From: Candidatus Iainarchaeum sp.
Lineage (GTDB): Archaea > Iainarchaeota > Iainarchaeia > Iainarchaeales > JAZDEL01
Direction of reading: 5' to 3'
DNA length: 32,000 nt
Assembly: GCA_043808785.1 (NCBI GenBank)
Contig: JAZDEL010000002.1
Coordinates: forward strand, 210,001 to 242,000
This document shows, piece by piece, positions 16,195 to 23,288 of this stretch. A model generated the notes under the pieces. That model made no database searches. It was not told the origin of the DNA and saw only the letters and a list, made by a program, of their open reading frames with translations. A program made the translations under genes and the position numbers. The stretch's first letter is position 1, and every line of letters starts with the position of its first letter.

Positions 16195-16980
16195 ATGAAC
16201 CGTAATTATGAAAAAATTTCGGAAGGAGTTTTAATAAAAAAAGGCCGCTCCTTATCCGATTTAACCCGCAGGCTGGGCGATGCCGAGTACGCCTTCTTCG
16301 ACCTGGACGGAACCATTTACCCCTCCCTCTTTATTCTGGATGTGGCAGATAAGGTTTTTTCCGCGGGGTGCGCCGCTGGCGAAAAAAAGCATATTGAAAA
16401 AAAACGCGCCCTTGATACCCTGGTTTCAGTAAGCAGGCAGTCGGACTTCCGCGAGTTGTATGAAAAGTTCATAGTCCTTCTGGAAGGTGAGAGATGTGAT
16501 ACGTTCTCTTCCTGCGCCAAACAATTTGCAAAAAACCTTTGCCCGGGGGCGAAGGATTTCGTCAGCCTTCTGCACGGCAGGGGCATCAAATGCATCCTTG
16601 TTTCCCTGACTCCCGAGTTTATTGCGGAAATCGTAAAAGCCGAGATTGGTTTTGACGGTTTTTGGAGCATGAAGTACGGCGTTTCCGTTGTTAAAAGCAG
16701 AAAAATGTTTGCAGGCAATTATGTCTTGGATTACCCAAATTTCAGCGATTTTAAAAAAGCGGCATTGGGAAAATACGGCCTTGGCGCCAAAGACAAGGCA
16801 AGAATCATTTTTTCGGGCAATGGTGCCGAGGATTTGGGGCTGTTTGATTCCGCAGGGCTGACAATTGCCGTTAATCCCCACAATGCCCTGCTGAAGCGGA
16901 AAAGTTTCGATATTATTCTTGATGATTTTAAGAACGCACCATGGGCACGCCTAACCGAACTTTTCGGCGGCAGCCCCTGA
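16195..16980 (+). CDS. HAD-superfamily hydrolase (HAD-IB / phosphoserine-phosphatase-like)
   Basis: YAFFDLDGTIY (motif I), VSLTPE, FSGNGAEDLG. ATG 16174 is an alternative start overlapping the previous gene. Confidence 0.6.
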   Translation: MNRNYEKISEGVLIKKGRSLSDLTRRLGDAEYAFFDLDGTIYPSLFILDVADKVFSAGCAAGEKKHIEKKRALDTLVSVSRQSDFRELYEKFIVLLEGERCDTFSSCAKQFAKNLCPGAKDFVSLLHGRGIKCILVSLTPEFIAEIVKAEIGFDGFWSMKYGVSVVKSRKMFAGNYVLDYPNFSDFKKAALGKYGLGAKDKARIIFSGNGAEDLGLFDSAGLTIAVNPHNALLKRKSFDIILDDFKNAPWARLTELFGGSP

Positions 16981-17298
16981 AAAAATTTGGGCAACCCGAC
17001 TCATGTGCGGCATCTCGGCCGATTCCTGTGTAGTTCCATTAATCAGGCTGTTCAGGCATCCGCCGATGTCCTGTGCGGCGTATTTTTTGTTTTTAAAAGT
17101 TATTGCATTTTTGCCCGCCAGTTTATCCGTTTCAAGCGCCACTTCCTCAATCCCGACCCCGCTCCACTCCGCCAACTCAACCCCATTCAGCGGCCCGCGC
17201 CTGTGCAGCGTAACAAGGATGCGTGCAGCCTCCTCGGAAATGATGCCCCGCTCGGCAAGGCGGTAACAGCACAACTCGATTAAATTCACGATTTCCAC
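16951..17298 (-). CDS. Small winged-helix-like protein
   Basis: ILVTLHRRGPLNGVELAEWSGVGIEEVALETDKLAGKNAITFKNKKY. The start is uncertain (GTG 17298, 17289 or 17364). The 3' end overlaps the convergent HAD gene by 30 nt. Confidence 0.4.
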   Translation of the reverse strand: MEIVNLIELCCYRLAERGIISEEAARILVTLHRRGPLNGVELAEWSGVGIEEVALETDKLAGKNAITFKNKKYAAQDIGGCLNSLINGTTQESAEMPHMSRVAQIFSGAAAEKFG

Positions 17299-17299
17299 C

Positions 17300-17412
17300 C
17301 CCGCAAAAAGCGGGCAAATTTCCAACCCAACCAAGCAAAGGATAAATGGACGGTGCGCCCCCACGGCGCCTTACAGGGGGCGCACCTATGCCGGCCCATT
17401 CCCGCAGGAATG
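17300..17412 (-). other. Structured leader or small RNA candidate (three hairpins)
   Basis: Three hairpins: CATTCC-CGCA-GGAATG (17397-17412); an 11-bp perfect GC-rich stem GGTGCGCCCCC-N13-GGGGGCGCACC (17352-17386); and CCCGC-AAAAA-GCGGG (17300-17314). All lie downstream of cassette copy 2 on the minus strand. Confidence 0.3.
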
Positions 17413-17451
17413 AGCCTAAGCCTCTGCCTGAATAACCTGCTGTTTCCTGCC

Positions 17452-17496
17452 TTAATATAGGTTTGGTTGAATAAAAATCAACCATTTGGTTGATTT
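17452..17496 (-). promoter_or_regulatory. Triple half-site palindrome plus TATA cassette, copy 2 (faces the minus strand)
   Basis: The + strand reads TTAATATAGGTTTGGTTGAATAAAAATCAACCATTTGGTTGATTT. Its reverse complement aligns with copy 1. Confidence 0.6.
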
Positions 17497-17563
17497 CCCC
17501 CAACGCAGGGCGTTAAAGTAATTCAACAGAACCCATATAAACAACCCCGCACACATTGCTTTT

Positions 17564-18214
17564 ATGTTCAGGCTCGTGATTTTCGACCTTGACGGCACGC
17601 TTGCCGACACCAAGGAGGGGATTGCCAAAACATTCAACAAGGTACTTGCCGAGCGCGGAATTCCTGCTGTGCCTGCGGAGCGGATTTACAACACCGTGGG
17701 CTTGAGCGTGGAGGAGCTTTTTGATGAACTGGTGGAAAGCGGGAGGCGCGGCAGGGCGGAAATGGTTAATAGGTATCTTGAGATTTACAAGGAGGATGCG
17801 CTTGGAAAGGGCAGGCTATTCCCGGGCGCAAAGGAAGCCCTGTTTGCATTAAAGCGCGCGGGATTGACACTTGCGATTGCAACAGGCAAGAGGCACGAAA
17901 GCGCGGAACTTATGCTGGAAAAGCTGGGAATAAGGAAACTCTTTGCCGCGGTTGTCGCGGTTGATGACGTGGAGAACGGCAAGCCCGCACCGGACATCGC
18001 GGAAAGGGTGCTTGAACTTACGGGAATGCGAAAGGAGGATGCACTGATAGTAGGGGATACTGTCCACGATATCGAGATGGGAAAAAGCGCGGGCATAAAA
18101 ACCTGCGCCGTGACCTATGGCGTGCATTCAAGGGCGGCGCTTGAAAAGGCGGAACCTGATTTTATGGCGGATAAAGCGGGGGAGATAATAACAATAGCAG
18201 GATGCGGGAAATGA
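17564..18214 (+). CDS. HAD-IA phosphatase (phosphoglycolate phosphatase-like)
   Basis: VIFDLDGTLADT, ATGK, VGDTVHDIEMGKSAG. The TATA CATATAAAC lies about 27 nt upstream of the ATG. Confidence 0.8.
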   Translation: MFRLVIFDLDGTLADTKEGIAKTFNKVLAERGIPAVPAERIYNTVGLSVEELFDELVESGRRGRAEMVNRYLEIYKEDALGKGRLFPGAKEALFALKRAGLTLAIATGKRHESAELMLEKLGIRKLFAAVVAVDDVENGKPAPDIAERVLELTGMRKEDALIVGDTVHDIEMGKSAGIKTCAVTYGVHSRAALEKAEPDFMADKAGEIITIAGCGK

Positions 18215-18239
18215 AAAATCAACCGTTTTGTTGATTTTT
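18214..18239. terminator. Degenerate palindrome copy between convergent genes (A5-stem-T5; possible bidirectional terminator)
   Basis: AAAAATCAACC-GTTT-TGTTGATTTTT has one stem mismatch and lacks the third half-site and the TATA. It lies between the HAD stop (18214) and the glyA stop (18251). Confidence 0.35.
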
Positions 18240-18250
18240 CCCAATATGAA

Positions 18251-19492
18251 TCACTTGTAAAAAACAAACTTCTTGCAGAGTTCCCGCACCTCTTTTTTCG
18301 TGTGCTCAACTAAGTGCGCATCGTCGGGTTTTTCTATTATCGCGGAAATCCAGTGTGCAATCTGCGCCATTTCGCCTTCCTTCATGCCGCGTGTTGTCGC
18401 AAGCGGCGTGCCAAGGCGTATCCCAGAAGGATTCATCGGCGTTCCCTTGTCGAAGGGAATTGTGTTCATGTTCACGATTATCCCTGCCCTGTCCAGCTGT
18501 GAAACAATTTCCTTCGCAGGCGCTTTTCTGCCCGAAACGTCCAAAAGGAGCAGGTGGTTGTCAGTGCCGCTGCTCACAACGCGAATACCGAGTTTCTGGA
18601 ATTCCATAGCCATTACCTGTGCGTTCTTCACGACCTGCTTCGCATAATTTTTGAATTCTGGCTTCGCAGCCTCCCCAAGAGCAACCGCTATTGCCGCCGT
18701 TGTGTTATCGTGCGGTCCGCCCTGCATACCGGGGAATACCGCGCGGTCTATTTTTTCCGCGAGCGCGCTTTTGCACATTATAATCGCCCCCCTCGGGCCA
18801 CGCAGGGTTTTATGGGTCGTTGTTGTAACAACATCCATATACGGGAAAGGGGAAGGATGCACGCCCGCGGCAACCAAGCCCGCAATGTGCGCGATGTCCG
18901 CCATTGCATAAGCGCCTATGCCGTGCGCAATTTCGCTAAACCTCTTGAAATCGATTATATGTGAGTATGCAGTGTAGCCACATACAATAAGCTTTGGCCT
19001 CTCCTTTTTAGCAAGCATCTCGATTGCATCGTAATCAAGCATTTCAGTTTTGGCATCAACGCCATAGTGCACCCAGTTGTAAGCCTTACCAGTAATGGAA
19101 ACCTTGTGCCCATGTGATAGGTGCCCGCCATGAGCGAGCGCCATACCCATTGCCTTGTCCCCGAACCTGATGAGTGCGGTATAAACAGCCATATTTGCCG
19201 GTGAGCCCGAAAGCGGCTGCACATTAACGTACTCGGCATTGAAAAGTTCCTTTGCACGAGAAACCGCGAGCGTTTCGATTTCATCTATGATTTCATTGCC
19301 GGCGTAATAGCGCCTCCCAGCGTAGCCCTCTGAATATTTGTTTGTGAGGATTGAACCCATTGCCTCAAGAACAGCGGGCGAGGATAAATTTTCAGAGGCA
19401 ATAAGTTCGATCCCTTGCTCCTGCCTATTCTTTTCAGCCCCAATCAGTTTGAATACTGCGCAATCGGTTTTTTCAAGCATCTGGCGCACCAC
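18251..19492 (-). CDS. glyA: Serine hydroxymethyltransferase
   Basis: LIASENLSSPAVLEAMGS, TNKYSEGYAGRRYYAGNE, and TTTTHKTLRGPRG (the PLP-lysine motif). Confidence 0.92.
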   Translation of the reverse strand: MVRQMLEKTDCAVFKLIGAEKNRQEQGIELIASENLSSPAVLEAMGSILTNKYSEGYAGRRYYAGNEIIDEIETLAVSRAKELFNAEYVNVQPLSGSPANMAVYTALIRFGDKAMGMALAHGGHLSHGHKVSITGKAYNWVHYGVDAKTEMLDYDAIEMLAKKERPKLIVCGYTAYSHIIDFKRFSEIAHGIGAYAMADIAHIAGLVAAGVHPSPFPYMDVVTTTTHKTLRGPRGAIIMCKSALAEKIDRAVFPGMQGGPHDNTTAAIAVALGEAAKPEFKNYAKQVVKNAQVMAMEFQKLGIRVVSSGTDNHLLLLDVSGRKAPAKEIVSQLDRAGIIVNMNTIPFDKGTPMNPSGIRLGTPLATTRGMKEGEMAQIAHWISAIIEKPDDAHLVEHTKKEVRELCKKFVFYK

Positions 19493-19521
19493 ACAAGACA
19501 GAATTGATTAGATATTCATGC

Positions 19522-21231
19522 TCAGTCAACTCTCTTTTTTATCAGATAATCACCCATGGCAAGGTAATCTATATCGGTTTTTAAGAAGGTATTTAGTGCG
19601 TCTTGAGGGGAACACACAATAGGTTCCTGATTATTGAACGAAGTATTTAGCAATAGCGGCACCCCGGTTAACTCCCTAAACTCTTGTATTAATTTGTGAT
19701 ACTTGGGATTTATTTTCTTAGAAACAACCTGTATTCTGCTCGTGCCGTCTTTGTGGACAACTGCAGGGATGTTGTTGCGAAGCGCAGGATAGGTAATTAG
19801 CATCATCTGTCCAGGTTCTTTTGCCTCGGCATTTTTTGGGATGCCAAACCAATTTTCCGCTTCTTCCTCCAGCACGCTGGGGGCAAACGGCCTGAACTCT
19901 TCCCTGTGTTTAATTTTCATATTTATAATATCTTTCATATCAGCACGCCTAGGGTCTGCCAGAAGGGAACGGTTCCCAAGGGCTCTGGGGCCGATTTCCA
20001 TCCTCCCCTGGAACCACCCGACAATTTGGCCATTGCTTAATATCTTAGCGGTTTCCCGCTCAATGTTTTCAATTTTTGCGTATGTGACTTTTTTTTCTTT
20101 ACCCAATACTTTCCAAATCTCCGCATTAGAGAACTTCGGACCGAGGTAAGGGCTGCGCATGTGAAATCTCTTTTTGTTTTTTAACAAAATATTCCAAATG
20201 TAAAGGGCAGACCCTATGGCGGTGCCAGCGTCATTCGCTGCAGGTTGGATGTAGATTCTCTTAAATCCGCTCTCCGATTGAATCCTAAAATTTGCCAAGC
20301 AATTTAATGCCACCCCCCCACCGAGGCAAAGGTTTTCGCTATTTGTTTCCTCCTTCAAGAATTCACACATATGGAGCATGATTTCTTCGGTAGCTTTTTG
20401 GAGTGAACTGGCAATATCGGCATGCCTCCCCCCTATTTCGCCATTTTTGCCCCTTCTTTTTATCCCAAACAATCTTTTGAGTTCACCATAATCCTCTGTC
20501 CTGAACTTCAATATGTCATTATTTACTGCAAAGTGCCCCCTTTCACCTTTTGTTATTATTTGGTCGAATTCCTCTTTGCAGGTGGGGGAACCATATGCCG
20601 ACAACCCCATTACCTTGTACACGTCATATTCGGAAAAACCAAGGAATTTCGAGAGTTTCTCCCACAAAAAACCCAGCGAATTTGGGTAGCATATCTCAGC
20701 TAGCCCCTCAATTTCGTTTCCCCTTCCCCTGCCAAGATAAGAAGTGGTATTTTCCCCTATGCCATCTACCGAAAGTATAGCTGATTCCGCAAACGGAGAC
20801 GGCAAATAAGCCGAAGCAGCATGGCAGAGGTGGTGCTCTAGCCAAATAAATTTCTTGCTTATGCCTGAGCCGGCTAAGTGGCTTAAGTTCCCTGGCACCT
20901 GAACAATTTTTTTGTAAAACAATTCCTCGCCTGCTTGGTTCCCCCAACCCACAGTTTCAAGTTTATCACACATCCTCATCTTGTCAAGCCTTTTTTCGGG
21001 CAACAAAGAGTAGCCAATGTAATCGACATCCCTCAACTTCATCTTCGCCTCGCTCAAGCAAAATGAAATTGCATCCAGGGGAAGCATGTCGGGATTATCT
21101 ACTCTGGATTCCTTTGAATGTTTTATTCTGTTGAATCTTTCTTCTTCAGCCGCCGCTACTATTTCGCCATCTTTGACAAGGCATGCCGCCAGTTCATGGT
21201 AGGGGCCATTTATACCAAGGATTGCAGTCAT
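19522..21231 (-). CDS. NodU/CmcH-family carbamoyltransferase
   Basis: MTAILGINGPYHELAACLVKDGEIVAAAEEERFNRIKH ... LCLGGGVALNCLAN ... IQPAANDAGTAIGSAL ... LGNRSLLADPR ... LLNTSFN. A GGAGGTGA SD lies 5 nt before ATG 21231. Confidence 0.85.
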   Translation of the reverse strand: MTAILGINGPYHELAACLVKDGEIVAAAEEERFNRIKHSKESRVDNPDMLPLDAISFCLSEAKMKLRDVDYIGYSLLPEKRLDKMRMCDKLETVGWGNQAGEELFYKKIVQVPGNLSHLAGSGISKKFIWLEHHLCHAASAYLPSPFAESAILSVDGIGENTTSYLGRGRGNEIEGLAEICYPNSLGFLWEKLSKFLGFSEYDVYKVMGLSAYGSPTCKEEFDQIITKGERGHFAVNNDILKFRTEDYGELKRLFGIKRRGKNGEIGGRHADIASSLQKATEEIMLHMCEFLKEETNSENLCLGGGVALNCLANFRIQSESGFKRIYIQPAANDAGTAIGSALYIWNILLKNKKRFHMRSPYLGPKFSNAEIWKVLGKEKKVTYAKIENIERETAKILSNGQIVGWFQGRMEIGPRALGNRSLLADPRRADMKDIINMKIKHREEFRPFAPSVLEEEAENWFGIPKNAEAKEPGQMMLITYPALRNNIPAVVHKDGTSRIQVVSKKINPKYHKLIQEFRELTGVPLLLNTSFNNQEPIVCSPQDALNTFLKTDIDYLAMGDYLIKKRVD

Positions 21232-21293
21232 GCTATCACCTCCTCGCAACAACATTTCATATGTGGGTCATTTTCATTTGGCGCAGCGCCAGC

Positions 21294-22298
21294 TTACATG
21301 TTTATTACATCTACAACTTCCCTTAGCCAGCCCGACCTGCAACTGCAGTTGAGGCTGTATAATTCTTCCGCACTCTGCGTTTCATTAAATCTCTCGATAG
21401 CGCTGCAAAGTTTTTCCCTGCATTTTTCACAGCTACCTGTGAGTCTGTCCTTTGAAAGATTCTCGTCGCTGAGGCCCACGAAAATGCAACCCCTGCCAGC
21501 AAGCCTTTTCACAACCTCTATGACTGACCAGAGATTTGGCACTTTGTATTCGTTCCTGAAGTATAATTGCTCTATGGGGGCGTTCTCTGGAATGAATACT
21601 GGCTCAAGTGACACCCTTGCATTAACCCCCTGCCTCTTCGCAGTATCAAAAATAAAGTTTGCTGAGTTAACTGCATCAAGGATTGCATACTTCTCGCTCA
21701 CATAAGGGGGCTTTATCAGGATATATGCCATAAAGTCCAGCCCAGTCTCTGCACACAGCCCAAGGCAGTTTTCAAGGGCATTTCTTGAAAGCCCTTTTTT
21801 TATTATCGAATTCCTTATGTAGTCGTCCGAACTTTCAAGGCCTATGCTGAATTCCAGGATTTTGTCCCCCAACAATTCCTTGCTCTTTTGCAGTTTTTCC
21901 TTCGTCACGTATTCTGCCCGTGATTCAATGACTACTTTTTTTATTCGCGGCAACCTTGAAATCTCTCTCATTGCAAAATCCCTGAACTCAGGGGAAATCT
22001 CGCGGTCGTTGTAAAAAGAGCCGAGCGTGAGCAAATCGAGCTGATTTATGTTCTTGTCTTCGGAAAGTACCCCTTCGATGGCCCACCATAGCTGTGCCTT
22101 CATTTCATCATCGCTGACATTCTTGCACGAACTATTTTTGAAGCCACACATTGTGCAGCCCCCACCGGGGGATTTTGCATATTCGCAGCCGTTAGTCCTA
22201 AGGACAAGCATCAATCGCCTTCCCTTTATGCCATTTATGTTTACCTGCGTAACTCTCCAGAATGCTGGCTCAATCTTTTTTGATTGACTCATAGGCAT
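21294..22298 (-). CDS. Radical-SAM-like Fe-S oxidoreductase with non-canonical Cys spacing (resembles the archaeal TIGR01210/RaSEA-type family)
   Basis: RTNGCEYAKSPGGGCTMCGF (C-x9-C-x2-C), a TIM-barrel-like body, and a C-terminal Cys cluster CEKCREKLC ... CSC. The family assignment is from memory of motif style, not from a search. Confidence 0.5.
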   Translation of the reverse strand: MPMSQSKKIEPAFWRVTQVNINGIKGRRLMLVLRTNGCEYAKSPGGGCTMCGFKNSSCKNVSDDEMKAQLWWAIEGVLSEDKNINQLDLLTLGSFYNDREISPEFRDFAMREISRLPRIKKVVIESRAEYVTKEKLQKSKELLGDKILEFSIGLESSDDYIRNSIIKKGLSRNALENCLGLCAETGLDFMAYILIKPPYVSEKYAILDAVNSANFIFDTAKRQGVNARVSLEPVFIPENAPIEQLYFRNEYKVPNLWSVIEVVKRLAGRGCIFVGLSDENLSKDRLTGSCEKCREKLCSAIERFNETQSAEELYSLNCSCRSGWLREVVDVINM

Positions 22299-22323
22299 TG
22301 CCTATGGACCCCTGTTTCCTCCC

Positions 22324-22369
22324 TTAATATATCTTCGGTTGAATAAAAATCAACCAAATGGTTGATTTT
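22324..22369 (-). promoter_or_regulatory. Triple half-site palindrome plus TATA cassette, copy 3 (faces the minus strand)
   Basis: TTAATATATCTTCGGTTGAATAAAAATCAACCAAATGGTTGATTTT. The TATA ends 25 nt before ATG 22298. Confidence 0.6.
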
Positions 22370-22378
22370 GTTTGCCGC

Positions 22379-22705
22379 CTAAGGCAGCCCCTCCAGCCTT
22401 GTTTCATTTTCTCCATACGCCCTGCTCAGTTCCGCGCTGAACTTGTGCATGCTTTCAAGCCATTCAGGACTTATCCTGTAATGCCTGCCCCGCTTTTCAA
22501 TTACGCCCGACGAGTGCAGTTTCTTGATTGCCTTGTAAACGCCCTGCTGTGAGACATCCTGCATGTGCCGCTCCCTTATGCGGTTAAGCATGCCTTTTGC
22601 CGAGAGCGGCCACTCGCTCGCGAGCAGCATGATTATCAGTTCCGATATTGTTTTCTCACCCTCACCTGAAAAAGGGAACCTGATTGTTGCGTCCAGAATT
22701 CTCAT
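22379..22705 (-). CDS. Stand-alone wHTH protein: ninth, short paralogue of the tandem-array family (N-terminal module only)
   Basis: ISELIIMLLASEWPLSAKGMLNRIRERHMQDVSQQGVYKAIKKLHSSGVIEKRGRHYRISPEWL matches the array N-terminal signature (xxWPLSAKxI ... YxAxxK ... G ... Y ... W). Confidence 0.6.
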   Translation of the reverse strand: MRILDATIRFPFSGEGEKTISELIIMLLASEWPLSAKGMLNRIRERHMQDVSQQGVYKAIKKLHSSGVIEKRGRHYRISPEWLESMHKFSAELSRAYGENETRLEGLP

Positions 22706-22728
22706 CAGTTAATAGGGCTTTTCGGGAA

Positions 22729-22773
22729 TTAATATATCTTCGGTTGAAAATTAATCAACCAAATGGTTGATTT
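22729..22773 (-). promoter_or_regulatory. Triple half-site palindrome plus TATA cassette, copy 4 (faces the minus strand)
   Basis: TTAATATATCTTCGGTTGAAAATTAATCAACCAAATGGTTGATTT. The TATA ends 23 nt before ATG 22705. Confidence 0.6.
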
Positions 22774-22804
22774 CCCATTCCGCGGAAAAAGCAGTGCGCA
22801 GGCG

Positions 22805-23284
22805 CTAAATCCTGATAATTTTGTTCACAAGGGCGCCGAGGATTTTGTTTATGTCCTTTGTTTCTATTTCAATTGTCTTTTCGGGCGGACCGAGGGAATA
22901 GATGAACTTCTCATGCATGAATATCCCGGAATCAACAATTATCCCAATCTCCTTCCCGAACCCGAAAGGGATTGCGCAGTACGGCTCGCAGCCTGTCTTT
23001 TCCTTCAGTTCCTCCTGCCCTGCCACGGAAACCTTTGAGCCGAGCAGTTCCTTCAGTTTTTCAAAATCCGCGCGCTTTCCCTCAATTGTCACAAGCATGA
23101 AATACCCGCCGCCCTTTGCCTTGAGGAAGAGGTTCTTGCTTTCTACTCCCGTAAGCCCGAACTTTTGCCTGACCTTTGCCGCTGCCTCATAACTCAGCAC
23201 AGGTTCGTGCGTGCATTCCCTGAAATTTATGTTCAGGCTTTTGAGGAGTTTGATGTTTGCATCATAGAGTGTTTGCAGGTTCAT
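22805..23284 (-). CDS. YbaK/ProX-type aminoacyl-tRNA trans-editing (deacylase) domain protein
   Basis: About 159 aa. VESKNLFLKAKGGGYFMLVTIEGKRADFEKL ... GCEPYCAIPFGF ... IIVD is the YbaK/ProRS-associated-domain pattern. ATG 23284 lies 4 nt after the stop of the last array gene. Confidence 0.7.
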   Translation of the reverse strand: MNLQTLYDANIKLLKSLNINFRECTHEPVLSYEAAAKVRQKFGLTGVESKNLFLKAKGGGYFMLVTIEGKRADFEKLKELLGSKVSVAGQEELKEKTGCEPYCAIPFGFGKEIGIIVDSGIFMHEKFIYSLGPPEKTIEIETKDINKILGALVNKIIRI

Positions 23285-23288
23285 GGTT

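Noticed and set aside
17177-17503. 108-aa minus-strand ORF starting inside cassette copy 2
   Set aside because: The start codon lies inside the palindrome. The product is Gly/Arg/Pro-rich and runs through the GC-rich hairpins, so a non-coding leader is more likely.
21118-21705. 195-aa + strand ORF
   Set aside because: It is antisense to the carbamoyltransferase 5' end and the radical-SAM-like gene 3' end, and its Ser/Leu/Phe-rich composition marks it as a shadow ORF.
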